A stretch of DNA of 64,000 nucleotides from Lama guanicoe (lineage: Eukaryota), in assembly GCA_013239625.1 (NCBI GenBank), contig MU054049.1, positions 1,863,892-1,927,891 of the forward strand. The letters run 5' to 3'. Every line of letters starts with the position of its first letter. The first letter of the stretch is position 1. Both the position numbers and the translations under genes were made by a program. The notes beneath the pieces are model-generated. The model ran no database searches. It had not been told where the DNA came from and saw only the letters and a list, made by a program, of their open reading frames with translations. This document shows, in pieces, positions 15,351 to 29,800 of this stretch.

Positions 15351-16194
15351 AAAGAAACAAAATAGACAGCTCTTGAAAACTGAGAAACTGGCTAAGGATA
15401 ATGGCATTCGTTCTGAAAATGAGAAACAAAGATGGTCTGAGATCAGCTCAACTTAACTGTTACTGGAACAAGGCACACAACTAAATAAAAAACACAGACT
15501 ATCCAGTCTATGTACTATGTGGAAATAAACGAAATACATTCAATGTGCATGCTATTGTTCATTCTCTGAACAGAAGGCCAACATTTACTACTTGAAAGGT
15601 GTGCACAGAAACAAATACACTAAACTCAATATGCCTCTGAAAGCAGAGGTTTTTTAGAAAATCAAAGTTTCTACTACTTAAAAAAGTTTTTAACAAAAGG
15701 CTCTCTATTACAGGTGAGAAACTTGTTCCAGTACGTGAAAACAAGCATATGAGTGCTTCTTTATTTTTAGCCAGTCATTTTCCAACTCACTTTAAAGCTA
15801 CTTGTTCAGCTTACTCAGTTCCTGAATTCTAACTTGATGAAAAGAGAGAAATGATAACACTCCTTAGAAGGGTTTTGTTGTTGTTGCCATTCAGCATAAT
15901 GTAATTTATATGCTGCAGAGGAGCTTTGTAGCACTGCAATACAATATTCTCTGGTCTCCTGGGGATACACGCCATGGGTAGGGAGAAAAATAAATAGAAG
16001 CCTTTATGGTATTCTTTTAATCTACTGAGGTTTCACATTTCGTCTATAACATATTCCAGAGTAGTGGGGAGAATCTCAACCTTGAACGTTGTTAAATAAT
16101 TCCTTGTTGAACTGTATTATAATCAAAAGGCCAGCATTCCTGTAGTGCTAACTAGCAGTAGCTTTATTTATTTCATGTGTAATAAGACTCCCTT

Positions 16195-16287
16195 GGGGGG
16201 AAGGGCAATAGCTCAGTGGTAGAGTGCCTGCTTAGCATGCACAAGGCCCTGGGTTCAATCCTTAGAACCTCCATTAAAAAAAAAAAA
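16195..16287 (+). mobile_element. tRNA-derived SINE (camelid vic-1-like), short form
   Basis: A box tagctcagtgg, B box ggttcaatcc, poly(A) tail. TSD aagactccct at 16184..16193 and 16288..16297. Confidence 0.9.
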
Positions 16288-16924
16288 AAGACTCCCTCAG
16301 TTAATCCAAGATGTCAATGTGGGAAAGAACGCCATCAAGATGGAAATGTGGGGGGAGGTGATATGTATTTGAAACAAGTTTTAGCCTTATTTCAAAATTA
16401 TTATTTTAAGTAGAAGAAAAGGGACTTATTAAATACAAATTAAAAAAATTTTAAGTACAGGATAAATATTAATTCAGTTATCCTAAGTGTTTTTGGTTAT
16501 AATCTTAATGATTGGGAGACGATTTGAAACAAAACCTGGTTTGCCTCTGAAGATTTTAACTATAAATATGTCTAAATAAAAGGCCATTCTAAAAAGAATC
16601 TCGGCACTTACAGCATTAAGTACACAATAACTAATCAAACGCAAATCAGTCTTCTAGTCAGTTTATAATAAAAATTAAGTTATTTAAACATATCGGTCCA
16701 TTCTCAGGCAACTGCTTTATTTAGTATCTGATTCTATATAAGCATCGAATAAGGATCTAAGAAGAAAAAAATCACCTACTCCTAGTATAAATGAGATGGT
16801 GAACAAACTTCTTTCAAAGAAAATTAGGATTTTCTGCAGATAAGAACACAAAACACTAACATTTTGTCTCTGATTAGAGGTTTTAAAAAAAGATCACTAT
16901 AAAGCAAAAGAAAAGCACATATTT

Positions 16925-16971
16925 GGTAAAAAAAAAATAAAATAAAATAAAATAAATAAAAAAATAAAAAA
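16925..16971 (+). mobile_element. Poly(A)-only retrotransposon remnant
   Basis: A-rich insert between perfect 19-bp direct repeats aaaagaaaagcacatattt (16906..16924, 16972..16990). Confidence 0.75.
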
Positions 16972-17606
16972 AAAAGAAAAGCACATATTTAGGTTAGGCG
17001 TAACAACAATTTAAAGCTAGATACAAAGATGTTTTATTTGTTAACTCTTTTTTCCCCCAAAAAATTTTTAAGAAATGGCAGTAACACAGATTAATAACAA
17101 AGACTGAGAGGCACAAAAAATTACCTGCTCTAAAACAGAAAGACAGCAAATATAGTTGGTTCATGTGCCTAAAACTATTACATATGGGAGAGAGGGTTTT
17201 CTTATCAATCAGTTTTAGATGTCTGCCTCCTAGACTCAAACAAGGTTGGTGGCAGAAAAACATTTCAAGGTGGTCATTATTTAGGGCAGAACAAGAGCCT
17301 TTAAAGACAAAGAACAAAACTGCCTGGTGACAGCTTGTCAAGACCATACCCTGGGAACTTCCTCCACTGTCAATCTACAATCTGTGTCTGAACCAAGAGG
17401 CCTGATGTTGTCCAGATCTTGGGATTTTCTGTCAAGGTTTTTTAAAGAGGCACATGTAAGAAACAGAGAACCTATATTGGCAAATAACAGTATTACCAAG
17501 GCTGTCAAGATGATGTGTTTGGTGTTTTTCTCCATTCTGCTATCATGCTTCTTTGCATTAAATCAGCTTAGAAGATATATAAACAGCTTTTCAAATTTCC
17601 TATTCA

Positions 17607-17765
<159 letters not shown>

Positions 17766-18031
17766 TTAAAAAGGTATTCCCTTATTTATTTTTTTAATGG
17801 TAAGCACTTCACTACAGAAAAATTTGAAAATATAGATTAACTATAAAAGAAAAATGGAAACTACTCCAAGTCTCAAAAGTCAGAAATAGATGCCCACTCT
17901 TAACATTCTTGGGACAGTCTCCCCCAATTTTCCCATTCAAATATAGAAATACACACATTTAAATTAACATGGGAGAGCATACTGCTTTGAAGCCTGTTTT
18001 CCCCCGCAAAAATCAAAGTTTCTTTTCTTTA

Positions 18032-18673
18032 ATTTTTTTCCATTTTTATACATTTAAAAAATTACTTTCCATTTACAGTTATTAAAAAATATTGGCTATA
18101 TTCTCCATATGGTACAATATATCCTTGAGCCTATCTTACACCCAGTTTGTATCTCCCACTCCCCATCCCTGTGTTGCCCCTCCCGCTCCCCAGTGGTAAC
18201 CACTAGTTGGTTCTCTGTATCTGTGAGTCTGTTTCTTTTTTGTTATATTCACTAGCTGGTTGTATTTTTTAGATTCCACATATAAGTGGTATCATATAGT
18301 ATTTGTCTTTGTTTGTCTGGCTTATTTCACTTAGATAATACCCTCCAAGTCCATCCATGTTGGTATAAATGGCAAAATTTTATTCTTTTTTATGGCAGAG
18401 TAGTACTCTATTGTAATATATACCACATCTTCTTATCCATTCATCTGTTGACACCTAGATTGCTTCCGTATCTTGGAAATTGTAAATAATGCTGCTATAA
18501 ACATTAGGGTGCGTATATCTTTTCAAATGAGTGTTTCTGGTTTTTTTGGACGTATACCTAGGAGTGGAACTGCTGGGCCATATGGTAATTCTATGTTGAG
18601 TCTTTTGAGAAACTTCCATACTGTTTTCCACAGTGGCTGCACCAGTTTACATTCCCATCAACAGTGTACAAGG
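18032..18673 (-). mobile_element. 5'-truncated LINE-1 3' end
   Basis: L1 ORF2 C-terminal and 3'UTR strings. Near-perfect TSD aaagtttct(tt/cc)tcttta at 18015..18031 and 18674..18690. Confidence 0.88.
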
Positions 18674-18992
18674 AAAGTTTCTCCTCTTTAAAAGTTGAAA
18701 AACTACTCAAAATATTTTTTAAAAATTAATACCTATGAAATTGTATGCTGAGTCAGCAACCTAACGAAAAATATAGAAAAATCTGACCAAAAAAATCATG
18801 CATGATTCTCAGAGGGGCTCTATTTTAACCAGTCTGGAAATCATATATGGGGGAGGGGTCTTGATGAAAACACATGCCACAGAAATTCTGATTTATAGTA
18901 TTTTTATATCAATAAAAGTGACAGATAAACCTAGTACCTGTAAGTTACAATTATTTTCTTTCCTTTTTATAAACCATGGTCGTTGAGGTGTT

Positions 18993-19504
18993 TATGGGGG
19001 GTTCTGATATGCTACTGCCATATTTGGCACCTTGACATATTGAATATTTTAAGCTGAAGAAATTTGAGAAAGAGGCAGAAGCAGAAAGGTCACTCTGACC
19101 TCCTCCCCCTCTCCCCCTTCTTACCTGAAACAAGCAGTAAAAACCCTCATGTGATGCGCCCTCCCTATACCTGGAGGAAAGGAGCACTCTTACCTCTGAA
19201 GATAAAGAGATGCCAAGAGAATTCTAACACAGAGATTGCTGTTTCCCCTAGTTTACTATAATCACCTCCTACTCGTTTACATCCCATGTTCCTCCACGAC
19301 TGTCCACTCTACATCAAACCTAGCATAAAAGTACATCAATCTGTTTCTTTCGGTCTTTATTTCCTCGTGAAAGCTTCTGAGTCACATAAAGCTTACATAA
19401 AAGAAATCTGCATGCTTTTCTCCTGTTAATCTGTCTTTATCACTTTCATTTTCACAGCCAGCCAGGCACAAGAGAGCTGAGGAAAACTTTTCTCCTGCCC
19501 TACA
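18993..19504 (+). mobile_element. ERV1-class solo LTR (MER34/MER39-like)
   Basis: Begins tatggggggttctgatatgctactgcc and ends ccctaca. 5-bp TSD gtgtt at 18988..18992 and 19505..19509. Confidence 0.78.
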
Positions 19505-19869
19505 GTGTTTATCTGGCTTACATTATATTTTTTAAAATTCCATTTTATTAATAGTAGTTGACGATGGCATTTTTCCTTAGTAGACTTTCCCCCTGATTAC
19601 TTACTGAATAAAAACTATAAGTTATAAAAGAATGCCACAGAATGTAACAGATAAGCCCCTAACTTATAGAAGAGTGGCATAAACGTTTTGGAGGAAGGGG
19701 AATTATATATTTTTAAAAACAACTTTTAAAAAAAGACAATTTAGCCAGGAAGCACTATTTACTTACTGAGATTTGCTTACTTCCTGGTATCAACGAGTTC
19801 AAATACATTTTTGGTAAAGCTCCAGTGATAATTAAACTCAGAAGATAATTCAATACAGGTTCTATTCTA

Positions 19870-20040
19870 AAAGCTTCATATGTATTAACTCATTTAATCT
19901 TCACAACATCCCTATTACCATCTTCCTTTAACAGATGGGAAAACAAAGCATAGAGAGCTTAGGTAACCTGCCCAAGCCTAGTGAAAGAAGCAACAAATAA
20001 TTGAACCTAGAAAGCCCAAGTCAATGGTTCAAGCTCTTAA
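19870..20040 (-). mobile_element. MIR SINE
   Basis: Core-like aactcatttaatcttcacaac...acagatgggaaaac...ggtaacctgcccaag. Confidence 0.7.
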
Positions 20041-20989
20041 CCAGTAAGTTATACTTTCAGAAAAATTACTTTGCAAATCTCTTGGAGAAAGTACTATAGT
20101 TTGATTTTTTTTTAACTTCCTTATTTTTTGGAGTGGGGGGGGGTCCCCTACTTTCCTGGCTATTTTATTCCAAGGGAGACCACCTATAAGGATACCAAAA
20201 GCATGATCCAGAAATCTCACCTGCTGTCAATTATTCTCTGTGATTATAGTTGTCAACTTATAGCACACTTCTTAATAAAAGTATGAAATTGCTAGAAACT
20301 GGTGTTTTGTTTTTTTTTAATGAGCATCCTCCAACTTCCGGATTGGTTTCCCCTTCTGGCTCCAGCAAATCCTTCATACCACTGCCCCAGGAATCAAAGA
20401 TACAGATTATTCTAGCTCTCCGTGTTTAACTAAGCCTGGCTAAGGCGTTTACTGATAATCACAGGGTTAACTATAATGCTCGAAACTTAGAACTCAGAAA
20501 AGCCTCTAACTTCCTGGCAGCCATTTAGTCCCTTACTCTTGGGAACACCAACAACCCTCACCACGTCTTCATCCTCTCTCTTTTAAGTGAATGCATGTTT
20601 CTGGTTCTGTGGAATCAGGGAGACTGATTTTAATTACATTCTCCAACTCACTTACGAAGCAGCTAAAACAAAAAAGAGATCAATGAAATAAAAAAAAAGT
20701 TTAAAAGGTTATGAAGATAAGCCTATCAAGGTTAAGAGGAATATCTTGATCTTACTTAAGGGGCAAAGTTATCTCCTTGACACAGCAGTCTCACCGGTCT
20801 CTGCATTCTGACCTACCCCTTCTCTCCCAGATGGTGTACAAATAGGTGTCCTTTCACGTTAGTGCCAAAGGAATGCCAGGTGCAGAGATCCTGAGCGGAA
20901 TTTAAAACAACTCCTCTGAATGATCTATAAAATTTACACCAAAGAGACATGAACAAAACATCTGTGTTCCTATTAAAGATTAAGAGAAG

Positions 20990-21520
20990 AGCTAAGAAAA
21001 GCAATCCTCTGTACTCTGGTCTGGGCAGATAGCACAGCAGATTGTTACTTTCAGTTCTAGGTGCCATATTTCAAGAGGGACCAATGGCCTAGAGTCTGTC
21101 AAGAGCAGAGTTAAAGGGTTTACAATCCCTATTATATATGACACAGAAGAAATGAGTAGTATATATATGTGTGCACTGTTAGAGGTGGGAGTACATCAAG
21201 AAAGCATTAAAATACGTGAAGGAGGATCGAATGTTAAAGAAAATTAGATTTACAATTATTTATTGTAACTCCAGAAGGAAGAACCAGGAATGGGATTTGG
21301 CAGGGCGGGGCAGGGGAGGTTTTTAGAAGACAGACTTTTTTAGTGATGAAAATATTAGATAATATAACACAAGCAGCCAACAATGGGATAGACAGGGGTT
21401 GGTCAGGGAGTTTCCCATCACCGAGGCTGTTACAGGCATTACAAAGTTATTATTTTTAGCAGGCGGCTGGACCGGATGACTTCCTGGGGTCCCTTTCATC
21501 TCTAATATGCCATGACTCCA
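20990..21520 (+). mobile_element. Ancient L3/CR1 LINE 3' fragment
   Basis: Resembles CR1 ORF2 end (cctctgtactctggtctgg...cagttctaggtgccatatttcaagaggga) and 3' tail ggtccctttcatctct. Very diverged. Confidence 0.5.
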
Positions 21521-22189
21521 AAATGCTGTACATGTTTCTCTTCCTTTCTGGCTCAATTTTACTTTGTTTTTGTTTTCCTTTTGGTTGTTTAATCTTTTAT
21601 CCACTTCCCTCTGCTAATAATCTTCTCAGCCATGCAGTCAGCCTCCTCAAGTAAGTGTGTTTTTCTTTCACCTCACAAGTAAACATCTTTGATGACTGAA
21701 AACACAGGAAAGCCACCTAAGCATATGCGGCTCCTAATGTTAATTCCTTTAAGAATGGGTGTCTTTCATTGCTAAGTCCAAACAAAACAGTTACAAACTA
21801 TGATGAAAATTATTAGAAAGTGAAAATGAAGAAACACTGGTTAACACGAATGCACACCCAAAATACGCATTTAGTGTTAAGTTTAACCATGTCCTCACAT
21901 GCATTGAAATAGTAGATTCATTCTTCTTTAAGTGCTTTGGGGATATGCTCAAGGTTAGAAAACATGTTGGCTATTTCAGAGCACTAAGGAACTTACAAAT
22001 CCGAATAAAATCAGGTTGGTTATTATCTGCCTCAGTATTGGCAGACAAATAATAAGAAAAGCCCTATTAAATTAGCAACTTCCACAAAATTGCCAATAGT
22101 ACACGTAAACGTGGACAAACTTCAAAACTCTTGTCACTCAAATTCTAGGTAATTACTATCTACTTTTTAGTTTAATTAAAAAAAATCCC

Positions 22190-22566
22190 TTCTAAGTGAA
22201 GTAAGCCAGAAAGAGAAAGAAAATACCATATGAGATCACTCTTATGTGGAATCTAAAAAAAAAAACAAAAAACAAAAATAAATACAAAACAGAAACAGAC
22301 TCACAGACATAGAATACAAACTTGTAGTTGCCAAGGGAGTGGGGGGTGGGAAGGGACAGACTGGGATTTTAAAATGTAGAATAGATAAACAAGATTATAC
22401 TGTATAGCACAAGGGAATATATACAAGATCTGGTGGTAGCTCGCAGCAAAAAAAAAAAATGTGACAATGAATATATGCATGTTCATGTATAACAGAAAAA
22501 TTGTGCTCTACACTGGAATTTGACACAACATTGTAAAATGACTATTACTCAATAAAAAAATGTTTA
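22190..22566 (+). mobile_element. 5'-truncated young LINE-1 3' end
   Basis: ctaagtgaagtaagccagaaagagaaagaaaaataccatatgagatcac...aataaaaaaa. TSD aaaaaaaatccc at 22178..22189 and 22567..22578. Confidence 0.88.
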
Positions 22567-22958
22567 AAAAAAAATCCCAATCTCGTCCTCCAGAAAGAAT
22601 AGCCATAAAATACAAACACTAGCCAAAAAAAGGAGGGTAAGGAGGAGCATTAAATGTTGGTGTTCTGTTTAATATTAGTATGTTCACACATAAAACTTAA
22701 TTCTAAATAGCACTTTGTTTCAGAAGACAAAACTAAGGCGAAAGAGTAGAAGTGAAAGGGTTGCAGACTTCGATTCAAAAGGCATGACCTTTCTAACAAT
22801 GACAGCTACCAACTGATCATTTTAAGAGGAAAACTCTCTAGTACTAGGGCAATTAAGAGGTTGAGAAGCCATCTTTCCAGGGGCTATAAAATAGAATTCT
22901 CTCATGGTGAAAGAGTCCTTCTCATTCTAAGATTCCAGGATTATTTATATCATTATTA

Positions 22959-23060
<102 letters not shown>

Positions 23061-26009
23061 TTAAATTTGAAAAGATTTTATGTGTGTGTGTATAATTTTT
23101 TTTTCCCAGTAAAAGAATGGGTCCAACAATGGCCATAAAACTAGTTGGGAAATACCAAGCCTAGTGTTGGAACACAACAGAAGGTTGATTTAATATAATA
23201 TTATCCTTACAGAAGGAACTCTTTCTATAAAATAGTAAGCCCTCCTTAAAACACAAAACTACACAGATAACAGCACAACAGTAGGATATGAGTCCTGGTA
23301 CTTTTTGGTTAAGTTTGCTAAACTGAATATACTTTTAAAAAATCCTTAGGAAAAGAAAGATGTATCATGAACGTAGCTTATACAATAGAGACAAACTGAA
23401 TTTTAATCTGTAGACTACTTCTCAAAGAAAAGCCTAACCCTACACCTATAGATTGGTGAATGTATACACATTTATGAGTTTTGTTATAAAATAATATGTC
23501 TAAGATTAAAAAAGAAAATTCTTGGCGTGTCCTTTGAGGTTGACACAGCTAAATCCAGGGCTTAGACGATATACAATTGCTCTTCTTATAAGGCGCCTTA
23601 GCCAGAAGGAGGAATTACTGTGTTCCAAGAGGCTAGAGAAGAAAGATGACATAGTTTTCAAGGATCAATAGATATGAGAGGATCAAAATGCAGTAAATTT
23701 TAGAGGATAAGATCCTTTTTTGTTAGGGTTACCTTTTTTTTTTTAAACTAGTGGCAAAAGCAACAAATAAATCAGTTGGCCAAAAGTAATTTGTTTGATT
23801 CAAATCAAAGAACAAACTAAAAAGACCAGGCCATTTCTGTTTTCTTCTCTTAAAAAAAAAAAAGAAAAAGAAAAAGCTCTTAAGCAGGGAGAAACATGTC
23901 AGGAACTATTAGTGATAATGGTGGGAGAGTCCCACTGAAAGCTTGGCAAACATTTCATTCCTCTGGATGATTCCACTTTTCTCTGCTCTCAGTCACAAGC
24001 AGTAATGACTCAAAAATCACATGGAGTAGTGACAGCAGAACACAGAATTTTGTTAACATGGGTTACAAAGTACTCTTTAGATATCTAACTTTCTTTATGA
24101 TAAATGGATAGCATATTTAAAACTCACAAGTATGAGGTCAAACGATTCAAACACTAGAGAAGCAACTCTATTAATAGAAAACCAACGTCTGTATCATCAT
24201 TCAGTAACTTAGCAGAAAAGTAAGAACATTAAATGTCCCTCATATACACTAGAAGAGACCAGAAGAAATTAAAAAATGAACATTTCCGGCAAAGCAATAA
24301 AGAAGGAAGAAGAACATGGCTCTTTAGACATAATTAATAACAAAAATAACTTGAGAGCCTGCCTACTACCTTTCTTCCATAAAAAGACACCTTTCACACC
24401 AGAATAGGTTATTTTGGGTAATCAAGTATGTCCCTTAATAAAATCACAATATACACTGTATATGAATCATCAGTTTTTAAATACTCCATCTATAAGATAG
24501 TTTTACCTAAAATTATATTGAAAATAACTCACAAAGCTCTTCAAAATCTTTAAGCCTCAAGATCTTCACTATAAATATAAAATGTAGAGTTTTCACAACA
24601 TTGAAAAGTTGGTACTGATGGAATTACACGTTATCAAATCTAAAAAGCTCATTTTTTCATGTGTTAAGCTTCTGAAACTAGGATACACCTTACATAGTCA
24701 AAGGTATCTAGCCATTGCCTTGGTCTGGACTAAAGTTGCATTTTTCCAGAGACGATGTGCATCTGCTTCCATCATCGTCTGGGGGCACCACCAACCTGAG
24801 ATCAGCCTGAATTAAATCTTCCATTGCAGGCTTCTGGTAATATGACTTCAGACCTCAGACTTGGGGCTTGTGGTGCAAATTTTCAGGGAGGATTTTTTTG
24901 GTGCCTTCTCTACCTAGGTTGACCCTTGCAGTTCGTTGACCCTCTTCTGCACGGCCAAGTTAATGTCTCATTTATCCTTAGACTAGGGGTACAGACCTTC
25001 AGTGTACCAGCTTTATAAGAGATCTCCTATGACTCCACATCCTAAGTGTTTTTCCCTTCTTAGGGGTACGTAACATAATGGCAACTTCTTACCATCTGTC
25101 ATGTCCTAGAGTTAATGAAATATGGAACTTTAAGTAGGTTTCTATAAGTTTATACCTAGTAGATGCCATAACTTTTATGTAATTATTAAATTACAAACTC
25201 CTTTTATTTTACTTAGTATTTCCTCCTTAAGCCTGTAGCTTTACAGCCTAAAAACCTATAGCATGTCTCAGTGTATTTCTACAAAGAACCAAATTCCCAT
25301 GTACAGTGAAAAAGTCAGAAAATAAAATGTCTAATTTCAATTTATTTTTTCAGCCTAATTCCTAATACTTATGATGATTTATAACATCTAGTTGAAAAAC
25401 AAAATTGTAGCTTTTTCCCTCAAAGGATTTAAAATCCTAAAACTTGGGAAGGCAAGTAAGCTTTTAAAGCAGACATGCATGATTTAATTAACTTCAAGGA
25501 CAGAAACGTAAACTCTGAATTACTTAGATATAGTAATGGAATACATTCTATTTAGATTTAGAATATTGAAAAATATACTCATCTTTCTAACGAATTATTA
25601 AAACTTCTAATTTGGCTTTATGTCTCATAAGGCCCAATAAGCCTTCATATTCCTTAATATTTCATTCAGTACAGAGCACAAAACTTAAAATAGATAACCC
25701 AAAAAATAAATAACCCTTTATCAAAGAAGCCTATGTTTTTTTGCCCTTAAATACCAATATCCTGATAACTGATTTCTCCCCCCAAATTTGAATAATGTCC
25801 AATACAATACATTCAAGAGGGAAAAAATGCCAATGTGAGGTTACTTACTATGGAAAGGATATGAGAAAAATGATCTTAAAATAATTCAGTGAGGACCAGA
25901 CTTGAAAAGAACCCATTTCACTTGACCAGAGTTGACCTGTTGTACTTATCAAAAGCAAACTCTTGAGATGTTCTAGTTTCCTTTATAACTGATTTGTAGG
26001 AAAGGCTAC

Positions 26010-26180
26010 CCATGATAATAGCTAACATTTATAAAGCACGTAACTTCTCATTTAATATTTACCACTACCCTGTGAGGAAGGCTATCATTATTCTTTTATT
26101 TTACAGATGAGGAAACTGAGGCTTAGCGAGGTTTAGAAACTTGTCCGTGGTCACTCAGCAACTAGGATAAGAGTAGCGAC
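26010..26180 (-). mobile_element. MIR SINE
   Basis: Core attttacagatgaggaaactgaggcttag. Confidence 0.8.
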
Positions 26181-26742
26181 ACCAACCTATTACTAGCTGT
26201 CACTACCAACGTCGGTTAGACAGTGACCACCACTACCTCAGGTGCTATGATTAGCCTTGGAAAAAAAAAGATGGTCAAGGTCCAGCACAGGAAGAACAAA
26301 CCCGTAAACACTAAGTACAATAATATTTTATAAGAACTCTACACAGGGCATTAAGGAGGCACAAAAGAGAAGGATGGGTGGAAAGGCAATGAATTAGTCA
26401 ACCTCTGCAAGTAAACTAATTATAACAATCAATGCTTCTTTAAATAAAGAACACCGAAAATGTATTTCCTGGTCAATATACATTCTTTGGAAGTATTAAC
26501 TTACTTCTTTTTATTCATGAAAATCCATTAGACTATATTACACTGGTCTAATTTCAGAGGACACAAAACTCACACACATTCATAGAACACATTTATGTAT
26601 ACATAAACATACGCATAAAATGTAGATCATAATATTGAATTATTACTGTTTCAATGTCTTTTGGCAGGCAAGTGTACTTTGAACACATAATGTTTTCGAC
26701 CTGTCACTTGATCTGAACTGTCCTCACCAGTGATAAAAATTA

Positions 26743-26883
<141 letters not shown>

Positions 26884-29800
26884 TTAAAATGTTTTAATGA
26901 TTCACAAGAAACTAAATCTACATTGCTACTAAGTAATAAGTAGTTCTTCCAGAAGGCAATTCTGTAATGATAGAAAACCAGGAAACATTCAGATTCAAAC
27001 AGCATCTGGAGAGGACTGAAACCAACCAGAACCAGGCTTCTTAAAAGTTGTTCAGGTCAGATGGCACTCTCTAACAACCACGTTCCTCCAATCTATTTTC
27101 CTCCAGGGAGAAGGCACCATCTGGTCCCCCAAAGTCAATTAGGCCAGTGAGTTAATGCTTGATCATCTTCCTAATGGCAAATACTATTTTATTTATAGTT
27201 CATAATATTACTAGGTAGTTAAATGATTGAACCAAAATGGTATCTGAAAAAAAGTCCAAATGATTGTTTGTGGTGGGGGCAGCAATGACAGCAACAAGCA
27301 GGTATGACAAGATATTGGGGTACTGACCAAAAATACACGCTTTGTATGTAACCAAAACAATGCTGACCCTATGCCATCTAGTTTCCAGCAATCTGGACTT
27401 GCACTACTTAATTTAGTTTTCTTTGAAATGACGTGGTATTGTTATTGGTAACACATAATGCAATTTATCCTGAGGAAAGAAAAGCAGGGCTTTGGAAGCA
27501 TATGACCTGAGGAAGTAGTTCACTAAAAGATTTCTAACACAAAAGCATGCTTTCAGGCACAAGATCTAGCTTTACAAAGGCATTTACAAATTATAAAGAA
27601 ATTCTGTGGCTATAAATAATGAGGTATTATTCATTTGCCTCTAGTCATATACTCTGGCTTTAAAACCAGAAACCCTTCAAGTAAAAGTTTGCTTTAATAA
27701 GTGCCAAAATGGGTAAAATATTTCATGATTAGAAAAACAAGCTTATGTAACTATGCAGAGAGAGAAAAGTTAATTCTATGAGAAAATCCTATTGAGCAAC
27801 TGAAATGAATTAGGAAAAGGGAAGGAAATGAAGATTTCAAATCATCCTGTTTTCAATGATCTGAAATTCTTTATTCAGGGTCAATTTCTGAGAAGACAAT
27901 TTATATGAATACTTATTTCCTGAAAAGAATGCTAATGTCAGAACATATTTTTACCAAATGTGAAATCTAATTAATTTTTAAAAATAGTTTGGGTGAGTGC
28001 CTGGGTGATCATTTTTACTCATCTAAAAGAACTTATTTTTTCAAATGTTTATTACAAATACTCTTAAAAACCAGCTGCCTGCCAAAAGAAAGAATCTTTG
28101 AGTGTGTAGGTTTCAGTGTGGTTTCTTCTGCAATACGTCAACCAGAATAGTTTGTTTAAATCAAAATGACAGTCGAAATGAAGAAGCCACTTGGCAGTTT
28201 AATTAAACATCCTGTATCAAATAAAAATGATTTATCAAATGAATACCTTGGGATCCATTGCACAGTCCCTTTCTAGGTTTACTATTTAGCAGAGGGAAGC
28301 AGGATGAATATAAAGGCAGCTATCATTTTGGAGAGATGAACTGATGTACTATACAGTTCAATTAAGGGAAAAAAGTTCCTCTTCATAGAACTGTTGCATC
28401 ATGAGTGAAAATGGCTATGGCCCTTCAGAAATAATTCCCCCACACATAAAAAGCTTCCATGTGTGGTCAGTTGTTTGTAAAATGGCATACAAGTTCACAT
28501 ATTTCATAACCATGATGACAAATTATTAACCTTTTATTAACCGTAGGAGCCTCTTGGGACTACAGATTTATTACCTTAGCAAAATGGACTTTCCCGGAAA
28601 GATTATATGGCTGTTTTATCACGGACTTCAAATGAGCACCATTGTTTATTTTGCAGGTTTAACTCATAGGAACAAATCAAGCAGAATCTCCATGTATTCT
28701 CTTCATTCACTGTTCCAAGTCTAATTTCAAATAACTATGTAACCAAATATGCTTTCTCTCTTCCTGATGGAGAATTGTGTGTAGGGTGGAGTCAGAAACA
28801 CAAGGAGGGTGGGGTAGAAAGCTGGGGAAGATGAAGCAGGTTTAAAACTCCTGTGTTAATTCTCAGATTTCACTGTTGTAAAATTTTAAAGTACTATGTA
28901 TAGCCACCTAAATAAAATGAAGTGTCCTGATATGAAAGAAGCAAAAAACCATAAAAACACAGGCAATCTGCAGGAGTGAAAGCTACAAGAGTGATGTACT
29001 ATCTGAAGGACAGTGTTTGGCAGGGAGGAGACAGAAAAAGGGACTGAGGATGGAGCCCAAGAAGGGAAAGAGACAAAAAGATGGGCTGGCAAGACTGAGA
29101 GGAGGAAGGGACTGACAGAAGTTTGGGTGGAGACAGAGGGAGATGTGAGGGACTGAAACTCACAGAGACACACATTTAGAGACAAACACAGAAAGAGACA
29201 GAGACTCAGAGAAAATGAGATTCTCACAATGATCAAGCACCATACAATTTTTTAACTCCTCAACACCGTTTCTTTTTTTTAAATTCAGGTCTTCAAGTCC
29301 TAGGTATGTATACATGAAGGCATATTTTGAGGTAGCAGGCATGCATGTAAACATGCTCATAAACTAGGCCACAATAACCCCTCCACATGTAGGAAGACGT
29401 CTTGGCAATTGACTAAACGATAATTACAGATTTTATTAAAGAAAGCAAACAGAAAAAGCCAGTTATGCAACCTCATTTTTGTTCTAAACAAAACTTTTTA
29501 TTTTCAAGGAAGTAACTCAGTCAAGCGTCGGAGAGTTATTAACTGGTGTTTTTCTTTCCATACATATAGAGAGAAAAAGTGTTTCATTAGAAATCTTTCC
29601 TTGAATGGAATATTGATAACATTACTGGAATTGGATTCCAGACACACACACACTCCCATGTGACTTCAAGTTAAGGATTAATCCCATTAGCACACAGTAA
29701 ATCAAACCCAAAGCACTGTAACCTCCACTTTGAAGTGGAAGCAAATGACAATCCGGAACCCAGCCAGAAAGTCATTCTTGGCTTTTCTGCGAAGCACTGC

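Noticed and set aside
16195..16287. tRNA gene-like sequences (A and B boxes) here and at seven other sites
   Set aside because: Poly(A) tails, TSDs and a degenerate cloverleaf identify them as SINEs, not tRNA genes.
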